Assembly: GCA_051866635.1 (NCBI GenBank)
Contig: JBJDXJ010000038.1
Coordinates: 32,001 to 96,000 of the forward strand
Direction: 5' to 3'
Source: Clostridia bacterium
GTDB taxonomy: Bacteria > Bacillota > Clostridia > UMGS1883
DNA length: 64,000 bases
In this document: positions 1-10,727 of the stretch, piece by piece
How positions within the stretch are numbered: the first letter of the stretch is position 1
How the letters are laid out: every line of letters starts with the position of its first letter
Notes under the pieces: generated by a model
The model's input: the letters and a program-made list of their open reading frames with translations, nothing else
The model's database searches: none
What the model was told of the DNA's origin: nothing
Made by a program: the position numbers and the translations under genes

Positions 1-335
1 GTGTAGTTAAAACCGCAAAAAAGAGCTTTTGCGTTAAGTTTATCCACCAAAATCTTGTCCACAAATTCCACAGGTGACAGTGAAAGGGTTTTTTCATCAC
101 AAGGGAGAGAGAAAACCTCATCTATACCTAATAACTTCATAATCTCCACCTTCATAGGAAGGGGGGTAAGATATTTTATTTCTTTTCCGAAATACTCTGA
201 CGGGGATTTTTCAAATGTTACTGCAACACTTTTTAAGCCGTGCTCTCTTCCATAGAGAACACAATCCGAAAGTATTTTGGAATGTGCTTTATGCACTCCG
301 TCAAAAAAGCCTAAGGCACATACAGAATTTATCAT
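1..335 (-). CDS. ribF: riboflavin kinase/FAD synthetase, N-terminal part (runs off the window start)
   Basis: Manual translation MINSVCALGFFDGVHKAH...FCGFNY; ATG overlaps the truB stop (TGATG); typical truB-ribF order. Confidence 0.9.
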   Translation of the reverse strand, partial: MINSVCALGFFDGVHKAHSKILSDCVLYGREHGLKSVAVTFEKSPSEYFGKEIKYLTPLPMKVEIMKLLGIDEVFSLPCDEKTLSLSPVEFVDKILVDKLNAKALFCGFNY

Positions 336-1198
336 CAATAAAACCCCTTGATCATTTTAAGGCAGAAGTTTCCGTCAATCTCCTCCACACGGGACAAAGT
401 GATAAATTCCCCCATGTAGTCATAGACACGAAGCGTCTGTCCTATATGCTTGTTGTAATAAATGGGAACACCGTTACGCACCATTTTTGACTGCCTTTCG
501 TTAAGTTTTATGGCATCATACTCCATAAAACAGGTGTCCAAAGGTAAAATACAGCCTTGGGGATTTTGGGCAATCTCCTCCGGAGTATGTGCATCCTTAA
601 GGGAAAAAATCCCCGTTTTTGTACGCCTGAGACTTTTAACTGCCCCTAAGCACCCAAGTTTTTCACCGATGTCGTCAGCAAGCGTTCTTATGTATGTACC
701 CTTGGAACAGCGTACCCGAAGTGTTATTTCAGGGATAGAAATGTCAACTATTTCAATTTCATGGATAGTTACAAGCCGGGGCTTCCTTTCAACTTCAATG
801 CCTTGTCTGGCAAGGTCATGAAGCCTTACACCGTCAACACTGATTGCGGAATACATAGGCGGAATTTGTTCAATATCGCCTGCAAAGGAGGAAACGACCT
901 CTTTTATTTCTTCATTTGTTACATTTACAACCCTTTCTTCAAGGATTTTTCCCGAAAGGTCCAGTGTATCTGTTTTTACGCCCAATCTAATAACGGTTAC
1001 ATATTCCTTTTCTGTAGACACAATCAGCTCTGCACCACGTGTGGCGTTGCCCACAAGGATGGGAAGCACCCCTGTTGCATCAGGATCAAGTGTGCCTGTA
1101 TGACCCACTCTTTTGGTGCCGTATGCTTTTTTTATAATACCTAAAGCCTTAAAGCTCGTTATGCCCATAGGCTTATCCATTATAACTATGCCGTGCAT
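335..1198 (-). CDS. truB: tRNA pseudouridine(55) synthase
   Basis: GHTGTLDPDATGVL, PPMYSA and CSKGTYIRTL motifs. Confidence 0.97.
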   Translation of the reverse strand: MHGIVIMDKPMGITSFKALGIIKKAYGTKRVGHTGTLDPDATGVLPILVGNATRGAELIVSTEKEYVTVIRLGVKTDTLDLSGKILEERVVNVTNEEIKEVVSSFAGDIEQIPPMYSAISVDGVRLHDLARQGIEVERKPRLVTIHEIEIVDISIPEITLRVRCSKGTYIRTLADDIGEKLGCLGAVKSLRRTKTGIFSLKDAHTPEEIAQNPQGCILPLDTCFMEYDAIKLNERQSKMVRNGVPIYYNKHIGQTLRVYDYMGEFITLSRVEEIDGNFCLKMIKGFY

Positions 1199-2148
1199 TA
1201 TTTCACCGCCTCGGCAAGGTGTGGTAAAATTATATCCCTTACTTCTTCAACGCTTCCCTTTATGGTTGCACCTGATGCCTTTACGTGACCGCCGCCACCG
1301 AAGATTGCCGCAATCCTTTCAACATCATATTCGCCCTTGCTTCTGAAGCTTACCTTTGAAAAGCCATCATCCTCCTGACGGATAACAGCCGATATCATAA
1401 CTGATTCAATGGACCGTGGCACATCGGACAGGGCAGAGGTATCACTTTTAGTTGCACCGCTTTTTTCAACCATTTCATCAGTAATTAAAGCAATACCTAT
1501 TTTGCCCTCTTCAAAAAGCTCAATGGTGTTTACAGCCGCCGCCCTTAATTTCATCTGGGGCAAGGTTGTACGAAAATAAAGCTGGTTTGCAAGGTAGGGG
1601 ATGTCAACTTCTGCTAAAATGATTTTCTGCAAAAGCTCTGCTGATTTTGCCGTTGTGTTTGCATAGCGGAAGCTACCTGTGTCGGAGGTTAATGCACAGT
1701 AAAGATATGTGCCAATCTCTTTATCAACGGGAATATCCAAATCGCACATTAAGGTGTATATAACCTCTGCCGTTGCCGCCGCATTGGGATTTATACAGCT
1801 TACGGGAGAATTGACCTCCTCTGTTAAATGGTGGTCAATCCATGCTGTTTCCTTTGCGTTGTCAAAAAGAACGCTTCTGTCTCCAAGGCGGTCAAATGTG
1901 GAAACGTCAACTGCACACATAACATCATAGTCATAGTCATCTTCGGCGTTATATACCAAAACATCGGAGTTCATAAAGCCTAAATGAAAGCTCAATGGCT
2001 CCGGCATAATTACGTCAGCTTTAACATTGGCACTACGCAAAATTGTACGTAGTGCCAATGATGAACCCAAAGCATCCCAGTCGGGATTTATATGTGGGAG
2101 TATACCCACTGATTTTTTTGAAAGTAAAAAACTGAGAGGATTAATCAT
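1198..2148 (-). CDS. nrnA: DHH/DHHA1 phosphoesterase (oligoribonuclease/PAP phosphatase)
   Basis: HINPDWD, IDHH, DTGSF and GGGGH motifs; between rbfA and truB. Confidence 0.88.
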   Translation of the reverse strand: MINPLSFLLSKKSVGILPHINPDWDALGSSLALRTILRSANVKADVIMPEPLSFHLGFMNSDVLVYNAEDDYDYDVMCAVDVSTFDRLGDRSVLFDNAKETAWIDHHLTEEVNSPVSCINPNAAATAEVIYTLMCDLDIPVDKEIGTYLYCALTSDTGSFRYANTTAKSAELLQKIILAEVDIPYLANQLYFRTTLPQMKLRAAAVNTIELFEEGKIGIALITDEMVEKSGATKSDTSALSDVPRSIESVMISAVIRQEDDGFSKVSFRSKGEYDVERIAAIFGGGGHVKASGATIKGSVEEVRDIILPHLAEAVK

Positions 2149-2506
2149 TGTCCTGTTCCTCTTTCTTTATTACAGATTGAAGTAATTCATTTATATGGGC
2201 ACCATGCTCAATGGAGTTATCAAGTTCAAAATGGAATTCGGGCAGTGCACGGAGAAGTACACGTGCACCGATTTCCTTTCTTATAAAGCCTGAGGCACTC
2301 CTTAACCCCTTTAAAGCCTCTTTCTTTGTTTCCTCGTCACCCATAATACTTATATATGCCTTGGCATACTTTAAATCCTTGGTAACTGTTACGGAAACAA
2401 CACTTGTCATAAGAGGAATACGGGGGTCCTTTAATTCTCTTATAATATCCGATAAATGCTTTCGTATTTCTTCGGATATTCTGTCTGTTCGCTGATAATT
2501 AGCCAT
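2141..2506 (-). CDS. rbfA: ribosome-binding factor A
   Basis: VTKDLKYAKAYIS and LPEFHFELDNSIEHG motifs; start placed at MANYQR. Confidence 0.95.
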   Translation of the reverse strand: MANYQRTDRISEEIRKHLSDIIRELKDPRIPLMTSVVSVTVTKDLKYAKAYISIMGDEETKKEALKGLRSASGFIRKEIGARVLLRALPEFHFELDNSIEHGAHINELLQSVIKKEEQDND

Positions 2507-2562
2507 AATATCAATTCCTTTATATATGGTTACATTCAATACCCCTACAATAAGCTATAGGT

Positions 2563-4836
2563 TTAATCTTGTTTAACTTCTTCCATAACGTAACATTCAA
2601 CGCTGTCGCCAACCTTGATGTCGTTGTAGTTAGTAAATGCCATACCACATTCGTAACCTGCCGCAACTTCCTTTGCGTCGTCCTTGAAACGCTTTAAGCT
2701 GGAAAGCTCGCCTTCGTGGATAACTATGCCGTCACGAACAATTCTTACAGAGCAGTGACGCACGATTTTACCATCGGTAACATAGCTGCCTGCAATTGTA
2801 CCAACACCTGAAACCTTGAAGGTGTCACGAATTTCTGCATGACCGATAACTGCTTCACGGAACTTGGGTGCAAGCATACCACGAAGAGCCGCTTCGATTT
2901 CTTCAATTGCTTCGTAAATGATGCGGTATGTTCTTACATCAACCTTGCTTGTTTCAGCGGCACTTCTTGCACCTGCATCGGGACGAACGTTAAAGCCTAC
3001 GATAATTGCATTACTTGCCGCCGCAAGTGTAACGTCGCTTTCTGTGATACCGCCAACGGCACCGTGGATAACCTTAACCTTAACTTCTTCGTTTGCAATT
3101 TTTTCAAGTGATTGCTTCACTGCTTCAACGCTACCCTGAACGTCAGCCTTAACGATAATGTTAAGTGTCTTCATAGCACCTTCGCTGAGGACATCAAAGA
3201 GGTTGTCAAGAGAAACCTTGCTCTGTGCCTTGAATGCTTCGTCTTTAATCTTCTGTTTTCTTGATTCAACAACGCTTCTTGCGGCTTTTTCATCGTCAAC
3301 AACATAGAATGTATCGCCGCCGTCAGGTGTTTCGGAAAGACCGATAATTTCAACAGGTGTGGAAGGACCTGCTTCCTTAATCTTTTTGCCGTTGTGGTCA
3401 GTCATTGCTCTTACTCTGCCCACAGCTGTGCCTGCTACGATAATGTCCCCTGCTTTAAGTGTACCGTTCTGAACAAGGACTGTTGCAACGGGGCCACGGC
3501 CCTTGTCAAGCTTGGATTCAACTACAGTACCCTTTGCCTGACGGTTGGGGTTAGCCTTTAATTCTTTAAGCTCTGCCGTAAGTGTAAGCATTTCAAGAAG
3601 GTTGTCAATACCGATATTCTGCTTTGCGGAAACTTCAACACATACTGTATCGCCGCCCCATTCTTCGGGAACGATGCCGTATTCTGTAAGCTCCTGCCTT
3701 ACTCTGTCGGGGTTTGCACCTTCACGGTCAATTTTGTTGATAGCAACAATAATGCTTACTTCTGCCGCCTTTGCGTGGTTTATTGCTTCAATTGTCTGAG
3801 GCATGATACCATCGTCTGCGGCAACTACGATTATTGCAATATCTGTAACCATGGCACCGCGAAGTCGCATTGCGGTGAATGCTTCATGACCGGGTGTGTC
3901 AAGGAAGGTTATGCTCTTGCCTGATACATTAACAGTATAAGCACCAATGTGCTGTGTAATACCACCGGCTTCCGTTGCGGTAACATTTGCCTTTCTGATA
4001 CAGTCAAGAAGGCTTGTTTTACCGTGGTCAACGTGACCCATTACAACAACAACGGGAGGACGGGGCTGAAGGTCAGCTTCTTCATCGGGTGTATCGTTAA
4101 AGAGCTTTTCTTCTAATGTTACAACAACTTCTTTTTCAACTTCCGCACCCATATCTTCCGCAATCATGCTGGCTTCGTCAAAGCCGATTGACTGGTTTAC
4201 GGTTGCCATAATACCAAGCTGCATAAGACGCTTGATTATTTCAACAGGACTGCACTTAAGGGATTTTGCAAGATCGCCCACAGTGATTTCATCGGGGATG
4301 AGAATGTGAAGCTTTTCCTGCTTCTTTTCGGGCTTCTTCTTTTCCATAATTTCTTCATTGGGCTGATTTTTCTTGCCCTGAGAAGGTTTATTTTTGTTTT
4401 TCTTTATCTTCTGCTTATTTGTTTCCGTGTCCTTCATGTCCACATTAACAAGGTCCTGTGCTTTTTCACGGTTAAGCTGTTGTTCAAGGTCAACTGCGTT
4501 CGTACGTGTGTCAATGTAGCGTACTTCCTTCTTGCGTGTGAACTTTTCGGAAACTTCTTCACTTGCAGTTTCCTTTACAGTTTCATTATTTTCCTTCTTT
4601 TCGGTTTTTACATTAGGTTCTTCCTTGGCTTCAAACTGTCTGCGTAAAAATGCCCGAAGGTCTTCGCCCTTGTCGTTTTTCTGTGTGTAATATTCCAAAA
4701 GAATATCCACTTCATTACCTTCAAGGGAACTCATGTAGCTTTTGCCTGTTACGTTGTATTTGGCGAGGACTTCCAATATTTCTTTGTTGGGAACGCCGAA
4801 CTGCTTGGAAATTTCATGTATCTTAATCTTACTCAT
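2563..4836 (-). CDS. infB: translation initiation factor IF-2
   Basis: [24 protein letters not shown]; GGAGG RBS before MSKIK. Confidence 0.98.
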   Translation of the reverse strand: MSKIKIHEISKQFGVPNKEILEVLAKYNVTGKSYMSSLEGNEVDILLEYYTQKNDKGEDLRAFLRRQFEAKEEPNVKTEKKENNETVKETASEEVSEKFTRKKEVRYIDTRTNAVDLEQQLNREKAQDLVNVDMKDTETNKQKIKKNKNKPSQGKKNQPNEEIMEKKKPEKKQEKLHILIPDEITVGDLAKSLKCSPVEIIKRLMQLGIMATVNQSIGFDEASMIAEDMGAEVEKEVVVTLEEKLFNDTPDEEADLQPRPPVVVVMGHVDHGKTSLLDCIRKANVTATEAGGITQHIGAYTVNVSGKSITFLDTPGHEAFTAMRLRGAMVTDIAIIVVAADDGIMPQTIEAINHAKAAEVSIIVAINKIDREGANPDRVRQELTEYGIVPEEWGGDTVCVEVSAKQNIGIDNLLEMLTLTAELKELKANPNRQAKGTVVESKLDKGRGPVATVLVQNGTLKAGDIIVAGTAVGRVRAMTDHNGKKIKEAGPSTPVEIIGLSETPDGGDTFYVVDDEKAARSVVESRKQKIKDEAFKAQSKVSLDNLFDVLSEGAMKTLNIIVKADVQGSVEAVKQSLEKIANEEVKVKVIHGAVGGITESDVTLAAASNAIIVGFNVRPDAGARSAAETSKVDVRTYRIIYEAIEEIEAALRGMLAPKFREAVIGHAEIRDTFKVSGVGTIAGSYVTDGKIVRHCSVRIVRDGIVIHEGELSSLKRFKDDAKEVAAGYECGMAFTNYNDIKVGDSVECYVMEEVKQD

Positions 4837-5152
4837 TAGCGCCACCTCCATGTAATTTTAAAATTGCCGATTTAAAGTTTTCATCACAAATAGCTATTGC
4901 GGAAACATTTTCCTTGCCTACCGCTTTAGATAAGGATGCTTTGTCGCCCACTTCAATAATGGGTATATTTGTGTTTTTACATTTACTTTCTAAATTTCGT
5001 TTATTACTGCCGCCTAAGTCAGAAGGGATAACAACAAGTTTTGCCTTTCCTGTTTCACAGGCGTTCAATGCTAAAAACACACCGAACTTTACCTTGCCTG
5101 CCCTTACTGCAAGACCGATCATATTAAGAATTTTATTATTCAACTGAATCAT
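4829..5152 (-). CDS. L7Ae/L30e-family RNA-binding protein (YlxQ-like)
   Basis: [10 protein letters not shown] motif; position between ylxR and infB. Confidence 0.88.
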   Translation of the reverse strand: MIQLNNKILNMIGLAVRAGKVKFGVFLALNACETGKAKLVVIPSDLGGSNKRNLESKCKNTNIPIIEVGDKASLSKAVGKENVSAIAICDENFKSAILKLHGGGANE

Positions 5153-5403
5153 TCCCCAATTTTTTCGTTTACAGCCTCAAAAACTTCACAAGGCACCTGA
5201 CACTTAAAAGACCTTTCAAAGCCTTTTGTTTTCGGCAAACGGTCAAAACACTCTCTCGTAGGGCAAATATAAGCACCCCTGCCTTGCATTTTGCCTGTGG
5301 GGTCATAGCATATTTCCCCGTCTTTTGTTTTAACTATACGTAAAAGGTATCTCTTTTCCTTCATCTGCCTGCATACTACACACATTCTTTCGGGAGTACT
5401 CAT
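5149..5403 (-). CDS. ylxR: YlxR-family RNA-binding protein
   Basis: PERMCVVCR and GRGAYIC motifs; directly downstream of nusA. Confidence 0.92.
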   Translation of the reverse strand: MSTPERMCVVCRQMKEKRYLLRIVKTKDGEICYDPTGKMQGRGAYICPTRECFDRLPKTKGFERSFKCQVPCEVFEAVNEKIGE

Positions 5404-6437
5404 GCCTGACCATCGCCCTTAATGTCAATCTTCCAACCTGTAAGACGTGCGGCAAGACGGGCGTTCTGACCTTCCTTACCGATAGCTAAAGAAAGCTGAA
5501 AATCGGGAACTGTTACAAATGCACTCTTATGTTCTTCATCTATAGTTATCGATGATACTGTTGCAGGGTTAAGTGCGGCACTGATGTATTTTGAAATGTC
5601 GTCACTGTAAAGAATGATGTCAACCTTTTCGCCGCCCAAAGAGTCAACTACAGCGGCAACTCTTGCACCCTTGGGCCCTACACAGCTACCTACGGGGTCA
5701 ACGTTTTCATTGTCGGAATAAACGGAAATCTTTGTTCTGCTTCCGGCTTCACGGGCGATGGATTTAATAACAACTGTACCGTCCGCAATTTCGGGAACCT
5801 CCTGGCTGAAAAATTTCTTAACCATGCCCGGATGTGTTCTTGAAACCAAAAGCTGAAGATTTTTTGTAGATTTCTTAACCTCAAGGATGTACACCTTTAC
5901 CATATCACCTACATGAAGCTCTTCACCGGGAATCTGTTCACCGGGTGCCAAAAGTGCTTCTGCATTGCCCATGTCAAGGTATATGCCTCTCTTTTCTATT
6001 TTAACAATCTTGCCTGTTAATATGTCGTTTTCTTTGTCGGAATACTGCATAAACACGTGTCCGCGTTCAGCTTCACGGATTTTCTGAACAACCATCTGCT
6101 TTGCAGTCTGTGCCGCAATTCTGCCAAATGTGGCAGGGTCGGCAGGAAGCTCAACCTTGTCACCTAACTGGTAACGGATTGAAATTGCTCTTGCTTCCTC
6201 TAAGGAGATTTCTGTAGAAGCCTCCGAAACTTCTTCAACAACAGTTTTTTCAGCCCACACACGCATAGCACCTGTATTTCTGTCAACTGTTGCGTAACAT
6301 ATAAAATTGGAACCGTAATTCTTTTTATACGCTGTCACAAGTGCAGTTTCCAAGGCTTCGCACATTACTTCCTTAGGGATGTTCTTCTCCTTTTCCAACG
6401 CTTCCAACGCCAGGATAAGTTCTTTGTTTGCATTCAT
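5400..6437 (-). CDS. nusA: transcription elongation/termination factor NusA
   Basis: FGRIAAQTAKQ, AREAGSRTK, LAIGKEGQNARLAARLTGWKIDI. Confidence 0.97.
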   Translation of the reverse strand: MNANKELILALEALEKEKNIPKEVMCEALETALVTAYKKNYGSNFICYATVDRNTGAMRVWAEKTVVEEVSEASTEISLEEARAISIRYQLGDKVELPADPATFGRIAAQTAKQMVVQKIREAERGHVFMQYSDKENDILTGKIVKIEKRGIYLDMGNAEALLAPGEQIPGEELHVGDMVKVYILEVKKSTKNLQLLVSRTHPGMVKKFFSQEVPEIADGTVVIKSIAREAGSRTKISVYSDNENVDPVGSCVGPKGARVAAVVDSLGGEKVDIILYSDDISKYISAALNPATVSSITIDEEHKSAFVTVPDFQLSLAIGKEGQNARLAARLTGWKIDIKGDGQA

Positions 6438-6456
6438 TTTCTTATTCACCTTCCAA

Positions 6457-6912
6457 TTAAAATTCAAACGCAAGTCTTATTGATGAAGCCTTGCTTTTTT
6501 CAATTTGTATAATTTTTCCGCCGTAATCAATTGTAAGTGTATCCTCGTCACATGCGATAAGTGTACCGCTAAGGGATTTACTGCCTTCGATAGGTGCAAA
6601 AAGCTTAACGTCAATCCCCTTGCCCAAGGCCTTTTCAAAATGCCAGTTTCTCGTCAGCTTACGGTCGATACCCGGGGAGGAAACTTCAAAAATATATTCC
6701 TCTTTAATAGGGTCAAGTTCGTCAAGCTTGTCATTGACTTTTCGGCTTACGTTTTCGCAATCGTCTATAGTTACGCCGCCATCCTTGTCAATAAAGAGCC
6801 TTAAATAGTAACTGCCGCCTTCTTTTTTATATTCACATTCGTAAATATATACGCCCGTATCTTGGCATATAGGCAAGGCAATCTCTTCCAAAATAGCTTC
6901 TATTTTTGCCAT
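6457..6912 (-). CDS. rimP: ribosome maturation factor RimP
   Basis: EVSSPGIDRKL motif; GGAGG RBS before MAKIE. Confidence 0.95.
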   Translation of the reverse strand: MAKIEAILEEIALPICQDTGVYIYECEYKKEGGSYYLRLFIDKDGGVTIDDCENVSRKVNDKLDELDPIKEEYIFEVSSPGIDRKLTRNWHFEKALGKGIDVKLFAPIEGSKSLSGTLIACDEDTLTIDYGGKIIQIEKSKASSIRLAFEF

Positions 6913-6933
6913 GCTGCACCTCCAACAATACAA

Positions 6934-6958
6934 AAGAGTGGACCGTCTGCCCACTCTT
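6934..6958 (-). promoter_or_regulatory. rimP/nusA leader hairpin, putative attenuator
   Basis: Minus strand AAGAGTGG-GCAGACGGT-CCACTCTT followed by TTG, between promoter and RBS. Confidence 0.6.
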
Positions 6959-6973
6959 ACCTGATACACCATG

Positions 6974-7002
6974 ATTATATCACCATTTTTTGCACATTGC
7001 AA
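6974..7002 (-). promoter_or_regulatory. sigma-A promoter of the rimP operon
   Basis: TTGCAA-17 bp-TATAAT with TGn extension on the minus strand. Confidence 0.75.
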
Positions 7003-7031
7003 GAGTTTTTTATGCAATAATAAGAAAAAAC

Positions 7032-7060
7032 TTGAAGAAAAGAGCAAACAATAGTATAAT
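7032..7060 (+). promoter_or_regulatory. sigma-A promoter of polA
   Basis: TTGAAG-17 bp-TATAAT. Confidence 0.65.
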
Positions 7061-7091
7061 AAACTGTATTGATAAGTTTAGGAGAGAAATT

Positions 7092-9542
7092 ATGGAAACA
7101 TTATTGATTATAGACGGTAACAGCATAATTAACCGTGCTTACTACGGCATAAAGCCACTGTCCACAAAAGAGGGTATTCCCACAAACGGTATTTACGGCT
7201 TTATGAATATACTTTTAAAGCACCTTTCGGATATTAATCCCGATTATCTTTTGGTTGCTTTTGATTTAAAGGCTCCTACCTTCAGGCATAAGGAATACAG
7301 CGAATATAAGGCACAGCGTAAGGGTATGCCCGAGGATTTGGCAATGCAGATGCCACATCTTAAAGAGCTTCTTTCGGCAATGAATATTAAAATGCTGTCA
7401 CAGGAGGGGTATGAGGCTGACGATATTATCGGCACCGTTGCAAAAATGTGCGAGGATAAGGGTATTAAATGCTTTATAGTAACGGGGGACAAGGACGATT
7501 TACAGCTTGCAACAGATAAAACACATATCCTTTTAACAGTAACCAGGATGGGTCAGACTATTGTGGAGGATTTCGACAAGGACGCATTTATTGAAAAATA
7601 TCATGTTACGCCCCATGAATTTATTGACGTTAAAGCAATTATGGGGGACAGTAGCGACAATATCCCGGGAGTAACGGGAATTGGTGAAAAGGGTGCCTTC
7701 ACACTTATAGAAAACTTCCACTCATTAGAGGGAGTTTATGAAAATATTGATTCCGATATAATAAAAAAGGCTATGCGTCAAAAGCTTATTGAGGGAAAGG
7801 AAAGTGCATTTTTAAGCCGTCACCTTGCAACTATTGTGTGCGATATGCCACTTGAATGTGATTTTGAAGAGGCAAGGCGGAAGGAATATAACAAAGAGGC
7901 ACTTGTAGAAAAACTTAATCAGCTTGAAATGAAAAAAGTTGCAGAAAGGCTGGGCATTGACAAGGAAGAGGAGATTGTATGCACAGAAATTTACCAAGCT
8001 GATGACAAGGTGATAGAGGGTATAAAGGATAAATTCTTTTTTATTTTGGATGAAAAGGTCACCTTTTTTGAAAACAATGTGTACGAGGCACCTATAGAAA
8101 AGCTGAAAGATGTTTTTGAAGATGAAACAATTGAAAAATTAACATGCGACTATAAAAAAGCAAAGCATATTTTAAGTGATATGGGCATTGAATTAAAGGG
8201 AAAGTATTACGATTTTGACTTGGCTGAATATGTGATTAATCCCTCTTTAAAGAATTCTGTGACAAATGTTTCTTTTTTCCCGAAGCTTTACGAAAAACAG
8301 CTTGAAACAATAAAAGAAAGGGGACAGGAGGACTTACTTTTCAATATTGAATTGCCCCTTTGCGAAGTGCTTCACTCCATGGAAGAGGAGGGCTTTTTGG
8401 TAAATTATGAAGAGCTTAAAATTTTCGGCGAAAAGCTTGGAGAAAGGCTTAATGACCTTGAAAATTCCATATATTTTATGGCAGGGCATGAGTTTAACAT
8501 AAATTCCACAAAACAGCTTGGAATTGTTTTGTTTGAGGAAATGGGACTTCCCGTGGTGAAGAAAACAAAAACAGGATATTCCACCGACAGCGAGGTATTG
8601 GATAAGCTGACGGGAAAGCATGAAATCATTGATTTTATAAGCGAGTACAGACTCCTTATGAAGCTTAAGTCAACGTATGCGGACGGACTTTTAGGCGTGA
8701 TTAAAGAGGACGGAAGAATTCATTCCACCCTTAATCAGACTGTAACCGTAACAGGCAGAATAAGCAGTACGGAGCCTAATTTGCAAAACATCCCCACCCG
8801 TACACCTTTGGGTAGGGAGATACGAAAAATGTTCGTGGCAAAGGAGGGCTACAGCTTGGTTGGTGCCGATTATTCACAGATTGAATTAAGGGTTTTAAGC
8901 CATATTTCAAAGGACGAAAATATGGTCCGTGCCTTCCGTGAAAATATTGATATACACACTATGACGGCATCTCAGGTTTTTAACGTTCCTGAATTTCTTG
9001 TAACCGATGAAATGCGTTCCGAAGCAAAGACAGTAAATTTCGGAATAATTTACGGTCAGGGGGACTTCGGTCTTGCAAAGGAATTGAAAATATCAATAAA
9101 AGCCGCAAAGGCTTATATACAAAGCTACTTTGAAAAGTATTCGGGTGTCCGTGAGTATATGGACAAAACGGTGGAAAAAGCAAAGGAGGAAGGCTTTGTC
9201 ACAACCATTTTCGGCAGACGTCGTTATATTGAAGAATTAAATGCAAAAAACAAAAACCTTGTGGCATTCGGCGAAAGATGTGCAATGAATACCCCCATAC
9301 AGGGAAGTGCGGCAGACATTATAAAAATAGCCATGATTCGTGTTTACAATGCGTTAAAGGAAAAATGCCCCAAAAGCCACCTTGTTATGCAGGTACACGA
9401 TGAACTTATTGTGGAAGCACATAATGACGAAAAGGATTTGGTTGCACAGATTTTGAAAACGGAAATGGAAAATGCCACAGAGCTTATTGTGCCTTTGATT
9501 GCACAGGTAAAGTGTGGCAAAAGCTGGTATGATACGAAATAA
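7092..9542 (+). CDS. polA: DNA polymerase I
   Basis: 5'-3' exonuclease motifs (IDGNS, YEADDIIGT, GDSSDNIPGV); polymerase motifs ADYSQIELR and QVHDEL; AGGAG RBS before METLL. Confidence 0.97.
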   Translation: METLLIIDGNSIINRAYYGIKPLSTKEGIPTNGIYGFMNILLKHLSDINPDYLLVAFDLKAPTFRHKEYSEYKAQRKGMPEDLAMQMPHLKELLSAMNIKMLSQEGYEADDIIGTVAKMCEDKGIKCFIVTGDKDDLQLATDKTHILLTVTRMGQTIVEDFDKDAFIEKYHVTPHEFIDVKAIMGDSSDNIPGVTGIGEKGAFTLIENFHSLEGVYENIDSDIIKKAMRQKLIEGKESAFLSRHLATIVCDMPLECDFEEARRKEYNKEALVEKLNQLEMKKVAERLGIDKEEEIVCTEIYQADDKVIEGIKDKFFFILDEKVTFFENNVYEAPIEKLKDVFEDETIEKLTCDYKKAKHILSDMGIELKGKYYDFDLAEYVINPSLKNSVTNVSFFPKLYEKQLETIKERGQEDLLFNIELPLCEVLHSMEEEGFLVNYEELKIFGEKLGERLNDLENSIYFMAGHEFNINSTKQLGIVLFEEMGLPVVKKTKTGYSTDSEVLDKLTGKHEIIDFISEYRLLMKLKSTYADGLLGVIKEDGRIHSTLNQTVTVTGRISSTEPNLQNIPTRTPLGREIRKMFVAKEGYSLVGADYSQIELRVLSHISKDENMVRAFRENIDIHTMTASQVFNVPEFLVTDEMRSEAKTVNFGIIYGQGDFGLAKELKISIKAAKAYIQSYFEKYSGVREYMDKTVEKAKEEGFVTTIFGRRRYIEELNAKNKNLVAFGERCAMNTPIQGSAADIIKIAMIRVYNALKEKCPKSHLVMQVHDELIVEAHNDEKDLVAQILKTEMENATELIVPLIAQVKCGKSWYDTK

Positions 9543-9566
9543 AAGTATAACAAAGGGGATAAAATT

Positions 9567-10160
9567 ATGAAAGGTAAATTGGTGCTCGGTATTACAGGCG
9601 GCTCGGGAAGCGGGAAAAGCCAGGTTTGTAAACTTTTGGCATCTATGGGTGCTTATATAATAGACGGTGACGAGGTAGGTCATAAGGTAACCGCAAGGGA
9701 AGACGTGTTAAATGAAATACGTGTTGAGTTTGGTCCCGATGTAATTAAAAGCGACAATACACTTGACAGAAAAAAACTTGGTGAAGTTGTCTTTTCGTCA
9801 AAAAGTGCGTTGGAAACATTAAATGTTATAACACATAAAAAGATATTTGATGAAATTGAAAAAATGGTGAAGGAAAGTGACAGTGACTTAATAGTTATAG
9901 ATGCCGCCGTTCTCAAAGACACAAAGCTTAAAACACTTTGTAATTTTATAATAAGCATTGTTGCACCTATAAATATGCGTGTAGAGCGTATAGTACAACG
10001 TGACAACCTGTCCGAACAGAGGGCACTTGACAGAATAAATTCCCAGCCCACAGATGCACAGTATGCCCATGGGGTGGATTTTGTTATACTTAACAACGGC
10101 AACGTGGAAAATCTGAACAGAAGAGTAATTGAAATTTTCCAGACCATACGTGACGAATAA
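9567..10160 (+). CDS. coaE: dephospho-CoA kinase
   Basis: GITGGSGSGKS P-loop, LDRKKLG; polA-coaE order. Confidence 0.95.
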   Translation: MKGKLVLGITGGSGSGKSQVCKLLASMGAYIIDGDEVGHKVTAREDVLNEIRVEFGPDVIKSDNTLDRKKLGEVVFSSKSALETLNVITHKKIFDEIEKMVKESDSDLIVIDAAVLKDTKLKTLCNFIISIVAPINMRVERIVQRDNLSEQRALDRINSQPTDAQYAHGVDFVILNNGNVENLNRRVIEIFQTIRDE

Positions 10161-10178
10161 ACATGGGAAAGGCGTGTA

Positions 10179-10727
10179 TTGATGAAATTTATAAGAAATA
10201 TTTTGTCAACACTTTTGGCGATTATGGTGTTGATAGGTGCTGTTATAACAGCTTATAGGCTGTTTCCCATAAAATATGTTGAGGAAATAAGAAATGTTTC
10301 CGTAGAGATGGGTGTGGATAAATACCTTGTGGCGGCACTTATAAAGGCAGAGAGCAATTTTAAAAGCGATGCACTGTCAAATGCCAATGCAAAGGGTGTA
10401 ATGCAGCTAACTGACGAAACTGCCGCCTTTTGTGCTGAAAAGATGGGAATTGTGCTTGATGAGGGTGATATTTACGACCCTTATGTAAATATCCGCCTTG
10501 GTGTATATTACCTCAAACGCACATTGGAGCTTTTTGACGGTGATGAAACATTGGCAGTTGCCGCCTACAATGCAGGGGAAGGCAGGGTTAAAGAGTGGCT
10601 TAATGACCCCACATTTTCAACAGACGGGGAAAGCCTCCACATAATCCCCTATGAGGAAACAAGACGGCATGTGGAGAAAATTAATAGTTATAAGAAAATA
10701 TATAAATTACTTTATCCGAACCTATAA
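10179..10727 (+). CDS. lytic transglycosylase (SLT domain)
   Basis: IKAESNF, AKGVMQL, AAYNAGEG, ETRRHV; N-terminal membrane segment. Confidence 0.92.
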   Translation: MMKFIRNILSTLLAIMVLIGAVITAYRLFPIKYVEEIRNVSVEMGVDKYLVAALIKAESNFKSDALSNANAKGVMQLTDETAAFCAEKMGIVLDEGDIYDPYVNIRLGVYYLKRTLELFDGDETLAVAAYNAGEGRVKEWLNDPTFSTDGESLHIIPYEETRRHVEKINSYKKIYKLLYPNL

